A stretch of DNA of 64,000 nt from Alkalispirochaeta sp. (GCA_965601925.1 OZ271854.1:2976001-3040000); one strand, 5' to 3'; shown: positions 1-9,953, counted from the first letter of the stretch. Numbers and translations are program-made. The notes: generated by a model not told the origin, from the letters alone.

Positions 1-1318
1 GGAGTGGGAAGGCTCCGACGGATATATTCAAGGATTGCGCCTCGCCCTCGCCGGCGGTGAGGTGTTCGAGGCGATCATGCCGTGGTCGCAAACCTTTGCT
101 CAGGAGTTGATCGACGCGGGACTGATCATACCGCTTGACGATTTGATACCGCAGTACGAACACATCAACGCCTACTATTCGCCGGAGATTTGGGACGCGA
201 TTCGCGCGCAGCAGGGCGGGAGCATCTATTATATTCCGCAGCCGGCGCCGAGAATCACCGGCAGGGCCGGATTTATCCGTCGCGATTGGTTGGAACGCGT
301 CGGACTCGACGTGCCCACGACGCGCGATGAGCTGTTGACGGTGTATCGCGCCTTTCGCGACCAGGACGCCAATGGAAACGGCGACCCGAACGACGAGATT
401 CCCGTATCGGGGCGTCAGCTCTTTCGGTGGTTTGACGACCTCTTTCTGATGCACGGCGTGGTGATGTTCGAAGGGCACCCCCAGTGGAGTTGGAACGACG
501 AGGAGGGATTCTTCGAGTCGCACCAGGTCTCCGACCAGATGCTTGCGGCGGTACAGTTCATCAATCTCCTGTACGAGGAGGGGCTGATGGATGTGGTGAT
601 GCCGGCGCAACCCAACGCCGACTGGACGGCCAAGATCGCCGACGATCGCATCGGCCACTATTTCCATCTCATCAACGAGATCCACAGCAAGTCGGCCTTC
701 GCCTTTGAGCCGGGAAACGATGCGACCGGATACGAGCATTGGGTGGTGATGCCCCATCCGCCGATCGTCGACGGAGTGGGACGCGTTCCGTATTACTTCC
801 CCAACGTACAGTCGCCGCGCTTGATGATCACGCGTGACGCCCGCGATCCCGGAGCGATTATGGAGTGGCTTGATTTCTCGAGCTCCGAGGAGGGACTCAC
901 CTTCGGAACCTTGGGCGTCCCGGACGTCGATTGGCGGCGTGACGGCGACGGTGAGATCGAGGTGATCAACCAAGTGCAACCCGTGCACTACAAGTATCTC
1001 CTGCTGATGGGCGAAATGCCCGATGAAATCGTCGCGCGTTCTCCCATGGGTGCTCTGAAGGTCGAGATGCTTGAGGCGGTAGCGCCGAACCTCGCACCGA
1101 CGGAAAACATGCTCATGCCCGCTACGGTATACGAGGGCTACGCCGATTTTGCTCCCAACAGCGCCACGATGTATCGCGAGACGATCGGCCGCATGATCAC
1201 CGGAGCGGTGGAGCCGACTTCGGAGAACTGGGAGATCTATCGCCGACAATGGTACGAGGCGGGCGGCCAAGTAGTGACCGATCGTGCAACCCAGTGGTAT
1301 CGTAGCTTTTATCAGTAG
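1..1318 (+). CDS. Carbohydrate ABC transporter extracellular solute-binding protein (LplA-like), 5'-truncated by the window edge
   Basis: Frame is open from base 2. IRRDWLERVGLDVPTTRDEL and DANGNGDPNDEIP are typical of family 1 oligosaccharide-binding proteins. Confidence 0.85.
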   Translation, partial: EWEGSDGYIQGLRLALAGGEVFEAIMPWSQTFAQELIDAGLIIPLDDLIPQYEHINAYYSPEIWDAIRAQQGGSIYYIPQPAPRITGRAGFIRRDWLERVGLDVPTTRDELLTVYRAFRDQDANGNGDPNDEIPVSGRQLFRWFDDLFLMHGVVMFEGHPQWSWNDEEGFFESHQVSDQMLAAVQFINLLYEEGLMDVVMPAQPNADWTAKIADDRIGHYFHLINEIHSKSAFAFEPGNDATGYEHWVVMPHPPIVDGVGRVPYYFPNVQSPRLMITRDARDPGAIMEWLDFSSSEEGLTFGTLGVPDVDWRRDGDGEIEVINQVQPVHYKYLLLMGEMPDEIVARSPMGALKVEMLEAVAPNLAPTENMLMPATVYEGYADFAPNSATMYRETIGRMITGAVEPTSENWEIYRRQWYEAGGQVVTDRATQWYRSFYQ

Positions 1319-1341
1319 ATAGCTCCCACCGCTGCGGGCGG

Positions 1342-1384
1342 TGAGGCGTGTCGAGTGCCGCTCTCGCGTACCTCGACCGCCTCA
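1342..1384 (+). other. Intergenic stem-loop after the solute-binding protein gene (mRNA stabiliser or attenuator)
   Basis: TGAGGCG-T-GTCGAG ... CTCGAC-CGCCTCA inverted repeat with no U-tract. Confidence 0.35.
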
Positions 1385-1445
1385 GCGCGAGCGCCTCGCC
1401 GTGCGCCCGCCCGCGGAATCGACATACGTCGGGAATCGAGAGGTC

Positions 1446-2561
1446 ATGGCCAAGAGTTCGTATCCTGAAACCGGTAGATACCTGTACGAGGAGATTCGCG
1501 ATCAGATACGCGCTCGGATCGAGCGGTCCCGATACCAAGTGGGTGAGCGCCTACCCGGCACAAGAGCCTTCGTAGAAGAGTTCTCCACGACGCCGGTTAC
1601 CATCAACCGCGCCCTGAGCGATCTGGTCGATTCCGGCTACATTCGCCGAGTTGCCAAGTCCGGGTCCTTCGTCAACCCTCGCGAGGAGTGGAGCGTGGGG
1701 GTACGGAAGAAGACCGGCTTGGTGGGGATCATCGCCTTCGACACGAACGTCTCGATCTACTGGACCAAGGTGGTTGAGGCGATGCAGGACGCCTTGGAGG
1801 CGCGCGGATTTCACGCCGTCATCGGCTATTCCGACCACCGCTTCGATAAGGCCGCCTCATACGTGGACGATCTCGCGGAGAAAGGAATCGACGGCCTCAT
1901 CTACGTACCGATCGATGAGGTGAGCCGCGAGGCGTACCAACGTCGCAACGAGGAGGTGTGCCGACGAATTGAGGCGCACGGCATCCCATTTCTGCTTTTC
2001 GACCGCCGCCTCACCAACCAGGGATTCTCGTCGGTAACCGCCGACTTCTACAAAGCGGCGCGCGAGCTCACCAACCGGCTGGCTCACGCGGGATCCAAAC
2101 GACCGCTCTTTTTGACACTCGATTACGCTCAGGCACTGTGGGAGCGGGAACAGGCGTTTCTCGATAACGGACCGCGCTACGGCATGGAGTGCGACGCCTC
2201 CAGATTGGTGCGTTTTCGCGGCACACGTCTGCGTCAGGAGGATACCGATCAGCTTGCTTCACTCCTCGATTCGGCTCCCAACTTCGACGGCTTGTTTATC
2301 GCCAACTCGAGCCTCTATGCTGCGTTTCTGCGCGTCGAGGAGCGGCGGGGAGGCCGGTGGGATGTTCCTATCGTGACCTTTCGCGACATCGAGACGCCGT
2401 ATCCCGACCGACCGGTGGCGCGAGCACTGCAGCCGGTGTATGATTTCGGTTTCGCTGCCGGCGATTTGCTCGCGCGGACGTTGGAGCACGATGTCCCGGG
2501 CGCCGGGTTCGGTGCGGCGATCCACGTTGTGCTTCCGATAGAAGTCGCCGGGGAGGGATAG
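1446..2561 (+). CDS. GntR-HTH / LacI-type sugar-binding chimeric regulator (AraR-like)
   Basis: YLYEEIRDQI...GERLPG..TINRAL..L...GYIRRVAKSGSFV GntR HTH followed by a periplasmic-binding-protein-like domain (KGIDGLIYVP, PFLLFDR). ATG at 1446 follows GAGAGG. Confidence 0.85.
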   Translation: MAKSSYPETGRYLYEEIRDQIRARIERSRYQVGERLPGTRAFVEEFSTTPVTINRALSDLVDSGYIRRVAKSGSFVNPREEWSVGVRKKTGLVGIIAFDTNVSIYWTKVVEAMQDALEARGFHAVIGYSDHRFDKAASYVDDLAEKGIDGLIYVPIDEVSREAYQRRNEEVCRRIEAHGIPFLLFDRRLTNQGFSSVTADFYKAARELTNRLAHAGSKRPLFLTLDYAQALWEREQAFLDNGPRYGMECDASRLVRFRGTRLRQEDTDQLASLLDSAPNFDGLFIANSSLYAAFLRVEERRGGRWDVPIVTFRDIETPYPDRPVARALQPVYDFGFAAGDLLARTLEHDVPGAGFGAAIHVVLPIEVAGEG

Positions 2562-2575
2562 GGTGCACGATCCGT

Positions 2576-4123
2576 ATGAAAACGGTATTGGTATTCTTCG
2601 ATACCCTGAGGCGCGACGCGATATCGCCGTATAACGAACGCGTCAACACGCCCGCCTTCGATCGACTCGCTTCGATGGGATGCACGTTCGACAACCACTA
2701 CGCAGGCAGCATGCCGTGCATGCCCGCCCGGAGAGAGTTGCACACGGGACGCTACAACTTTCTGCACCGTTCCTGGGGCCCTCTGGAACCCTTCGACCGC
2801 TCCATGCCGCGCGCGCTACGCGACGGCGGCGTGCACAGTCACCTGGTAAGCGATCACTACCACTATTGGGAAGGCGGCGGCGCCACCTATCACACGCGAT
2901 ATTCCACCTGGGAGTGCGTGCGTGGTCAGGAGGGAGATCCGTGGATCGCCGATCCGGGATTCGACGATTTCCCCACGGCGATCGGCTGCACTCATCGTTC
3001 CATGACCGAGCAGGACGAGGTCAATCGGCGATGGATGGTAGCCAACGGGTACCATCCGCAACGGGAGACCTTTACCAAAGGACTCTCGTTTTTGACGCGT
3101 AACGCACGGGAGGACAACTGGTTTCTCCAGTTGGAGACGTTCGATCCCCACGAGCCGTTCTGGACCGACGAGGGGGGCACCGACGGTACTCTGCGCGACT
3201 ATGACGGACCGCGCTTCGACTGGCCGGCCTATGGTGCGGTTTCCGAATCGAGCGAACAGATCGCCCACGTGCGCGGGCGCTACCGCGAGTTGGTGGCGAT
3301 GTGCGACCGGCAGCTGGATCGCGTGCTCGACGCCTTCGATCGGTTCAATCTCTGGAAGGACACGGCGCTGATCGTTACCACCGACCACGGATTTCTGTTG
3401 GGAGAGCACCGTCAGTGGGGTAAGGTGGTGCAACCCCTCTTCTCCGAGGTCATTCGACTCCCGCTCCTGGTCTATCTACCGCCGGTCGCCGGCCGCCACG
3501 GAGATCTCCCGGCAACGACACCCGGCTCGCGGTGCGGCGAGCTGACCCAGACCGTCGATCTCGCGCCGACGGTCCTTGCCTATCACGGTCTCGATCGTTC
3601 GGCCGACCACTACGACGGGTTTCCGCTCCACGGCGCTTTGGAAAGGATGCACAGTCCGCTCGCCGATACGTCGCGGTGGGGATCGGCGCGACGGTACGCG
3701 CTCTACGGTATCTTCGGGGCGCACGTTTGCGTCACCGATGGGCGGTACACGTACTTTCGCTCGCCCCGGAACGCCGATAACGGTCCGCTCTACGAGCACA
3801 CTCTCATGCCGTGGAAGATGCGCGATCCCGTCCCGCCCGAGGACCTCGCCGAGGCCGAGTTAGTTCGTCCGGACCGATTTGCGCGGGGAATGCCCGTTCT
3901 GCGATATCCCGGCCGCCCCCATAGCCCCAAAATCGTTCCGTGGCTTCGGGACTTTCTCTTCGACGTGGATGAGGATCCGGGTCAGGACCGTAATATGTTG
4001 GAGGAGGGCACGCGGGAGGCCGACGCGCTTCGCGATCGGTGGAATCGAACGCTTGCCGAGTGCATGGCCGCCGCCGCGGCACCCACGAGTCAGTTTGAGC
4101 GTCTGGGGCTGGACCGACCGTAG
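2576..4123 (+). CDS. Cys-type sulfatase
   Basis: FFDTLRRD start, formylglycine motif CMPARRELHTGR, FDPHEPF and TTDHG motifs. Confidence 0.9.
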   Translation: MKTVLVFFDTLRRDAISPYNERVNTPAFDRLASMGCTFDNHYAGSMPCMPARRELHTGRYNFLHRSWGPLEPFDRSMPRALRDGGVHSHLVSDHYHYWEGGGATYHTRYSTWECVRGQEGDPWIADPGFDDFPTAIGCTHRSMTEQDEVNRRWMVANGYHPQRETFTKGLSFLTRNAREDNWFLQLETFDPHEPFWTDEGGTDGTLRDYDGPRFDWPAYGAVSESSEQIAHVRGRYRELVAMCDRQLDRVLDAFDRFNLWKDTALIVTTDHGFLLGEHRQWGKVVQPLFSEVIRLPLLVYLPPVAGRHGDLPATTPGSRCGELTQTVDLAPTVLAYHGLDRSADHYDGFPLHGALERMHSPLADTSRWGSARRYALYGIFGAHVCVTDGRYTYFRSPRNADNGPLYEHTLMPWKMRDPVPPEDLAEAELVRPDRFARGMPVLRYPGRPHSPKIVPWLRDFLFDVDEDPGQDRNMLEEGTREADALRDRWNRTLAECMAAAAAPTSQFERLGLDRP

Positions 4124-4150
4124 GGCGGAGGGGGCCGATCGTGCGCGCCC

Positions 4151-5494
4151 TTATCCCATCGAACGTGTTTGCGATCTCTCGTATCGGCGTCCCGCTCGGA
4201 GCACGACCAACTGGCTCGCCGCGGCGGTCGTGAGGATGATCGCCGCTACACGCGCGCCGTCCAGATCCGTGGTTATCGGTATTACGATACCGAGGACGAC
4301 CTGAACAATACCGTTGGCGACGGTAGCCGCGACGATGCGTTGCGTCCGCCGGCGCGCCACCAAGACGCCCGCCTCGACGGCGATGAGCGCGACGATGATC
4401 GACATAGGCGTGAGGATGGGCGTCGCCGCCTCCACGTATGAGCGCAGCTGTGCCGGTACACCCAGGGGAAACTCGTACCACCATGAGGTCGCGCCGGTTA
4501 CCATCGCAAGGGCGAACAACGCCGTGAGCGCCGCGCCTACCGTAAGGCCGAATCGCCGCACGCGACGCTCTCCGTACGGTCCCTCGATGTCGACTCGCGC
4601 CACAACGACCTCTTGGTAGGAGTGCGCGATCGCGGTAAACATGAACAGATAGCTCTGGATCAGCGGCCATGAGGCCAACGAGCGTACCGGATCGCGCGAT
4701 CGCGCAATCGCGAAGGCGAGAAGCGGCCTGCCGGCCATCAAGATCATCGCGGTAAGCGCCAGGGGCAGGTAGAAGCGAAACAGTCTCGGCACATCCCACC
4801 GTTCTTCCTCGACTTCGGGAAGAACGGGGAAAAGGTGGCGACGCACCGCCCTGCGCGCCGCGATCGCTCCGGATACGACACCCCCGGTGAGTGCCAGTCC
4901 GGCGACGAGGTGGCCCGGGAGGAGCCGTGAGGCCCGCGTACGAAATGCAAGGAATGCGCCCGCCAGAACGAGTGCCGTCGTCGCAAGGCGTATCACCATG
5001 ATGGAGCTCACCAAGTGGGTCTTTCCGGCTCGTATTAACGCCCCTTGATACATTCGTCTAAACCCCACCGCCGCTGTGAACGGCAGAAACAAGATAAAAC
5101 ACTGATTGGCGATCGGGACGATCTGCGGCGGCACGTTGAGAAGCCCGCCGACCACGACACGAAACACCGGCGGCATGGCGACCAGTGCGTGGACGGCGCT
5201 CAGCGCGAGCGTCACGCGGGTGAGCATACGGGACAGGAGCAAAAACGATTGCCGTCCGCGGACGACCGCCGTTGCCGCCGAAAGCATGTGGACGATCGGA
5301 CTGTGGATGAGGATTGCCAGACCGAACGCGACCTCGAAGGCGGCGAGGCTTCGTGTCGCCTGCGGGAGGCGACTGACGACGGCGTTGATCGCCGGCTGCT
5401 CAATACCCATGACGAGCCACATAAACGCCAGAGGAAGCCAAAAGGCCGACAAGGCCCGGGGAGTGACGCGCGACTCGGCGGGAATCGATGACAT
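4151..5494 (-). CDS. MATE/MOP-superfamily membrane transporter, ANKH-like (447 aa)
   Basis: About 12 hydrophobic segments in two repeats (WLPLAF...SLAAFEVA / YLPLAL...SLASWPLI). Start assigned to ATG 5494 behind a TTGTTC-N17-TACACT promoter. Confidence 0.65.
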   Translation of the reverse strand: MSSIPAESRVTPRALSAFWLPLAFMWLVMGIEQPAINAVVSRLPQATRSLAAFEVAFGLAILIHSPIVHMLSAATAVVRGRQSFLLLSRMLTRVTLALSAVHALVAMPPVFRVVVGGLLNVPPQIVPIANQCFILFLPFTAAVGFRRMYQGALIRAGKTHLVSSIMVIRLATTALVLAGAFLAFRTRASRLLPGHLVAGLALTGGVVSGAIAARRAVRRHLFPVLPEVEEERWDVPRLFRFYLPLALTAMILMAGRPLLAFAIARSRDPVRSLASWPLIQSYLFMFTAIAHSYQEVVVARVDIEGPYGERRVRRFGLTVGAALTALFALAMVTGATSWWYEFPLGVPAQLRSYVEAATPILTPMSIIVALIAVEAGVLVARRRTQRIVAATVANGIVQVVLGIVIPITTDLDGARVAAIILTTAAASQLVVLRAGRRYERSQTRSMG

Positions 5495-5502
5495 GGTTGC
5501 AA

Positions 5503-5531
5503 AGTGTATGAGAACTGACCGACAAGAACAA
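5503..5531 (-). promoter_or_regulatory. Sigma-70 promoter of the ANKH-like gene, leaderless-type geometry
   Basis: TTGTTC-N17-TACACT-N8-ATG on the minus strand, with no SD. Confidence 0.5.
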
Positions 5532-5590
5532 TACAGATAGTCACTAAAACGTTGACACACCTGCCCATCTTGCGGACACTTCTATGCGAT

Positions 5591-6691
5591 ATGGAAGGAC
5601 GGTTTCGATATCAGAGTATCGCGCGACATCTCCGGGAGCGCATTACCTCTCGCATGTATGCGGTCGGCGAGCGCATCCCGGGAGTACGTGCCTTGGGAAA
5701 AGAGTTCGGCGTGACCGCCCAGACGGTCGCGCGCGCCCTCAAAGAGCTCGAGGCTCGCAGCCTCGTCGAGTGTCGCCCCAAACGCGGCGTCTTCGTGCGT
5801 CCTCGCACCGATTGGGATGAGGGTGCCGTCGAGGACGGACGCGGGAGCCGGCTTATCGGGTTCATCGCCTTCGATACGCTCGTCTCACCCTATTGGTCGG
5901 GGGTGGTGAGCAGTTTCGAGGCGCGGTTGACCGAGGACTCCTATCACATGGTATTGGGGAACAGCATGCACGACGCCGATCGGGCGATCTCGTACGTGCG
6001 TTCGCTCTCGGCAAAGGGCATCGACGGTTTGGTCTACGTGCCGTTCGATGGCGTTGACGAGGAGTCGTATACCGTCGAGAACCGACGCGTGATGCGTGAG
6101 ATCGAGACCGCCGGTGTGCCCTTCGTCACGTTGGATCGATCGGTGCCGGGTGTCTCTGCGTGCCGCGTGGGGATCGATAACTACCAGTACGGCCTCACGC
6201 TCGCCGGGCGGCTCCAAAGCACCGGCGCGGTCAATCCGTTGTGCATCTCCGTCGGTTACTCGTCTTCTATCGCCGAGCGCGAGCGAGCCTACGTCGAGCG
6301 CTTCGGTCCGGCGGCGCGACTCGCCACGATTCCGACCAGCCGCGTCACCGAGGAGCACTTGGGACTCATCGCCGAAATCGTCGCGGACGCGAATCCGGAC
6401 GGACTCTTTCTCGTCAACTCGAGCGTACTCAATGGATATCTGCGCGCTCGCGACGCCGGTCTTATGGAGTCGACGCGACAGGTTCCGGTCGTCGCGTTTG
6501 AGGACTTTCCGGTGCGCGGAGCACAGGCGGTCGATTCGCGCTGTCTCCAGGGGATCGAACCGATGGCCCGGGCGGCGGCGGAGCTTATTCTGACGCGGGT
6601 GGACCGAAGGGATCACACCTTGTGGGGGAGCGCCGACATTTCGGTGCGCCTACCGTGTCGCATCATTGTAGGAGAAGGAGTTGAGGCGTGA
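5591..6691 (+). CDS. GntR-HTH / LacI-type chimeric regulator, paralogue of 1446..2561
   Basis: YQSIARHL...GERIPGVRAL...TVARAL..LE...RPKRGVFV HTH. IAFDT.VS.YW and KGIDGL.YVP are shared with the first regulator. TTGACA at 5552. Confidence 0.85.
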   Translation: MEGRFRYQSIARHLRERITSRMYAVGERIPGVRALGKEFGVTAQTVARALKELEARSLVECRPKRGVFVRPRTDWDEGAVEDGRGSRLIGFIAFDTLVSPYWSGVVSSFEARLTEDSYHMVLGNSMHDADRAISYVRSLSAKGIDGLVYVPFDGVDEESYTVENRRVMREIETAGVPFVTLDRSVPGVSACRVGIDNYQYGLTLAGRLQSTGAVNPLCISVGYSSSIAERERAYVERFGPAARLATIPTSRVTEEHLGLIAEIVADANPDGLFLVNSSVLNGYLRARDAGLMESTRQVPVVAFEDFPVRGAQAVDSRCLQGIEPMARAAAELILTRVDRRDHTLWGSADISVRLPCRIIVGEGVEA

Positions 6692-8307
6692 GTGCGTTTG
6701 ACATTGCGATTGTCGGAGGAGGGTTGGGTGCCACCGCATGCGCCCTCGCCGTTACCGATATGGGACTGCGGGCCGTACTCTTAGCCCACGACGAATGGTT
6801 AGGCGGGCAGATTTCCGGACAGGGCGTCCCACCCGACGAGCACCCGTGGATCGAGTCGTTGGGCGCGACAAGGCGCTATGCCGAGCTGCGCTATCGCGTT
6901 CGCGAGCGCTATCGCGCGACGCGGCCCCTGACCGATGCGGCGCGCTACGACCCTCAGCTCAACCCCGGCGCCGGCAGGGTAAGTCGCTTGTGTGCGGAGC
7001 CGGCGGTTTGGGAGCAGTGCATAGAGGATATGCTCTCCCCCGCGGTCGGGCGCGGCCTACTGGAGATCCGCCGAGCCGTGCGTCCCGTCGCGGTAAGTTG
7101 TCACGGCGACACCATAGGCGAGGTCGTAGTCGTAGATCGCGACGGCCGACGCGAGACAGTGGAAGCGTCGTGGTTCATCGACGGTACGGAATGGGGCGAT
7201 CTAATAGCGCTGGCCGATGTCGAGTCGGTCGTCGGTGCCGAGTCCGCTGCCGAGACCGGCGAGCTGCACGGCGCAGCGAATCCCGACGCCACCGACCAGC
7301 AGGCCGCCTCATGGTGCGCAGCGGTCGAACGGTGCCCCGGTGAAGATCACCGTATCGAGCGCCCCGACGATTATGAGCGCTGGAAGCGTCTCTCCCTCCC
7401 CGGATGGCCGGGGCCCCTGTTCAGTTGGACCGACCTCTCCCCCGACACACTCAGACCGCGATTTAAGTCCCTCATGGAGTTCGAGCGAAACGACGAGGGG
7501 CGCGACGAGTTCTCGCTGTGGGTGTATCGGCGCATTCGCGCCGCCGGCGTCTATCGCGACGACCGCTCGATTCGCGAGGCGACACTCATCAACTGGGTCC
7601 AGATCGACTGTACCGGCACTCAGTTCGTCGGCGTCGACGAGGCGGCCCGACGACGCGGTCTCGAGGAGGCGCGACGACAGACCACGGCATTTATCTACTG
7701 GCTCCAGAACGATGCTCCGCGCCACGACGGCGGGGAGGGATATCCGGAGCTGCGACCCGCGGGCGACCTCATGGGGAGCGTCGACGGTCTTGCCCGAGAG
7801 ATCTACGTGCGCGAGTCACGACGCATCCGCGCCCACAGAACGATTACCGAGGCCGATGTCGGCGTCGAGATGCGCGACGGCATGTCCCCTGGGGCGGCGC
7901 AGTTCTCCGATTCCGTGGGCGTAGGGTCATATCGTATCGACCTCCATCCGAGCACCTCGGGCCGTACCTACGTCGACATCAGCACCTGGCCGTTTCAGAT
8001 CCCCCTCGGCTCCCTTGTTCCCGTCGCCGCGCGCAACCTCGTTCCGGCGTCCAAAAACATCGGTACGACCCACGTTACCAACGGGTGCTATCGTCTGCAT
8101 CCGATCGAGTGGAACATCGGCGAGGCGGCGGGCGTGACCGCTGCACATTGCGCGCGCGCCGGCGAGCCGGTGCAAGCGGCCGCCGGGTCGCTCACCGGCG
8201 ATATACAACGGACGATGGAGACCACGTTCGGAGCCGATCTCGCATGGCCGCGTTGGGCGAGGGAGACACCTCGTCTGGGCTCGGAGATGCCGGGGCAGCG
8301 CTCATGA
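6688..8307 (+). CDS. FAD-dependent oxidoreductase (FAD_oxidored / PF12831-like)
   Basis: Rossmann DIAIVGGGLGA, WLGGQ..QGVPPDE, FIDGTEWGDL, YVRESRRI, NGCYRLHPIEWNIGEAAG. Overlaps the upstream stop (GTGA). Confidence 0.85.
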   Translation: MSAFDIAIVGGGLGATACALAVTDMGLRAVLLAHDEWLGGQISGQGVPPDEHPWIESLGATRRYAELRYRVRERYRATRPLTDAARYDPQLNPGAGRVSRLCAEPAVWEQCIEDMLSPAVGRGLLEIRRAVRPVAVSCHGDTIGEVVVVDRDGRRETVEASWFIDGTEWGDLIALADVESVVGAESAAETGELHGAANPDATDQQAASWCAAVERCPGEDHRIERPDDYERWKRLSLPGWPGPLFSWTDLSPDTLRPRFKSLMEFERNDEGRDEFSLWVYRRIRAAGVYRDDRSIREATLINWVQIDCTGTQFVGVDEAARRRGLEEARRQTTAFIYWLQNDAPRHDGGEGYPELRPAGDLMGSVDGLAREIYVRESRRIRAHRTITEADVGVEMRDGMSPGAAQFSDSVGVGSYRIDLHPSTSGRTYVDISTWPFQIPLGSLVPVAARNLVPASKNIGTTHVTNGCYRLHPIEWNIGEAAGVTAAHCARAGEPVQAAAGSLTGDIQRTMETTFGADLAWPRWARETPRLGSEMPGQRS

Positions 8308-9953
8308 GCGGTCGTAACGCGGTACCCGGAAGCCTCGCGGATCGAGGTGAGCTCAACGCGATTCTCTCTCGCGCGGTAACCTGTTCGCGGATATATGAGT
8401 CGGATAGTCTGGATGACGATCTACGCATGATTGCACGGCTCGGCGCGCGGTTTTTGGGACGCGCCGCGTACGCCTGGTTGGTACCCGATGACGAGGAGGC
8501 GCACTTTACCGAGGTCGACACGCTGACTCGGCGCGTCCACACCGAGATCGACGACGGAATCGTCGTCCAGGCGTGTCTTTTTGAAGCGATCTACCCCGGC
8601 ATATCGCGGATTCCCGTGCCGGAGTGGGTCTTTCGCGACCTGGACGAGCCGGTGGAGGCGCGATGCTTCGACTACGAGGCGATGGTCGGCGCAGTGCGGC
8701 CCCCCAACCAAGGGTTGGGAAGCCCGTGGGCGGGAGGCGCGGCGCCGGACCTATCCTTAGACGAGACGCTCCGGTGGTTTTACTACCGCGCCGGGCGGTA
8801 TATGGACGTGGGGTGCGAGGCGCTCCACATCGGACAGATTCACCTTATCGCCGGCGCGGATCGAGGCTATCGTGCGGCCGAGCGGTTGATCGAGGCGATA
8901 CGCCGCCGCGCTGCCGGGCATGCGCGACGGGGATGGGTGATCCTCGACGCCCACAGCCACGGAATTGCGCGCAACGGTCGACTCTTCTTTGATTTCACCA
9001 GTCGTCCACTGAGCGCGCGGGCGGTTCGGTCGTACCCCGAGGGGATTGCGTTGGTGCGTCGCGGCACGCGTCTCGGAGGCCGACACCCCGGCGGCTGGAT
9101 GTGCGACGACGCGCCGGTACTCTTGGAGGTGGATAACTGGCACGGATACTCTCTGGAACCCGACCCGGCACTCTGGCTCGACGGCGATCGTAGAGCCGAG
9201 GCGGGGCGATGGGGATGGGACGACATCAACTGGTTTAGCTATCAAACACCGGATCTGCGACGGGACTTTTTGCGCTACGCCGACTCATGGGCGCGCCTCC
9301 AAGGCGCGGAGTGGCACTTTCAACCGCCGATACGACGGCCGTTGGGGCGCGCAGCGATCCGAAGGCCCGACGGTCCGATCATCCCCTATTATCGGGCAAA
9401 TGAATCGGGACCGGCGTGCCCCGACGGGTTCGGCGACGAGGCGGCGATCGCCTCGTTGTGGAGCGCCGCGCGTTCTTTTGAGCCGGAAACGGCGACCCCA
9501 TCCGCGAGCGAGCCGCCCCGCTCGCCGTCCGGCGTCGATATTGCCGAGCCCGTCGCCCTCGTAGGCGAGATCCAGGAGCACATCGGCGGGATACCCGGCG
9601 ACGCATCGTGCCCCTGGAGCACCCTCCGCCACATCGGGGAGGGGCGATTTGCACGGCGCTACGCCTTTCCCGTCGCCGCCGATCTACGCTGCACGGTAAC
9701 CGTCGGTGGAACCGGTACCGACCCCACTAACGAGGACGGAATCTCAGGCTCTCCCCCGTACACGGTACGCGTTACACGACCCGGACAAGTGTTGGAGTTC
9801 GTGTTCGATTGGGAGACGCGCCGGCTCGCGGTGCGCGACGTCGAGTCCGGCAAGAGCGCGCTCATATCGGCGTCGCGGGCCGTACCCGCCCGGGAGCGCC
9901 GTAGAGCGGGCGCAGTAGCGATACCCGATCCGTTGCCGACCGACTGGTTCTAA
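8304..9953 (+). CDS. Uncharacterised 549-aa protein, possible TIM-barrel glycoside hydrolase-like with a C-terminal beta-sandwich
   Basis: ATGA coupling to the oxidoreductase stop. Natural-looking sequence from MSGRNAV with aromatic/acidic motifs (EALHIGQ, LDAHSHG, LEVDNW, WGWDDINWF) and a Pro/Ser linker before the last domain. Confidence 0.7.
   Translation: MSGRNAVPGSLADRGELNAILSRAVTCSRIYESDSLDDDLRMIARLGARFLGRAAYAWLVPDDEEAHFTEVDTLTRRVHTEIDDGIVVQACLFEAIYPGISRIPVPEWVFRDLDEPVEARCFDYEAMVGAVRPPNQGLGSPWAGGAAPDLSLDETLRWFYYRAGRYMDVGCEALHIGQIHLIAGADRGYRAAERLIEAIRRRAAGHARRGWVILDAHSHGIARNGRLFFDFTSRPLSARAVRSYPEGIALVRRGTRLGGRHPGGWMCDDAPVLLEVDNWHGYSLEPDPALWLDGDRRAEAGRWGWDDINWFSYQTPDLRRDFLRYADSWARLQGAEWHFQPPIRRPLGRAAIRRPDGPIIPYYRANESGPACPDGFGDEAAIASLWSAARSFEPETATPSASEPPRSPSGVDIAEPVALVGEIQEHIGGIPGDASCPWSTLRHIGEGRFARRYAFPVAADLRCTVTVGGTGTDPTNEDGISGSPPYTVRVTRPGQVLEFVFDWETRRLAVRDVESGKSALISASRAVPARERRRAGAVAIPDPLPTDWF

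Noticed and set aside
7518..8303. N-terminal 262 aa of the 811-aa ORF
   Set aside because: An Arg-rich off-frame read of the oxidoreductase gene. The real start is the coupled ATG at 8304.
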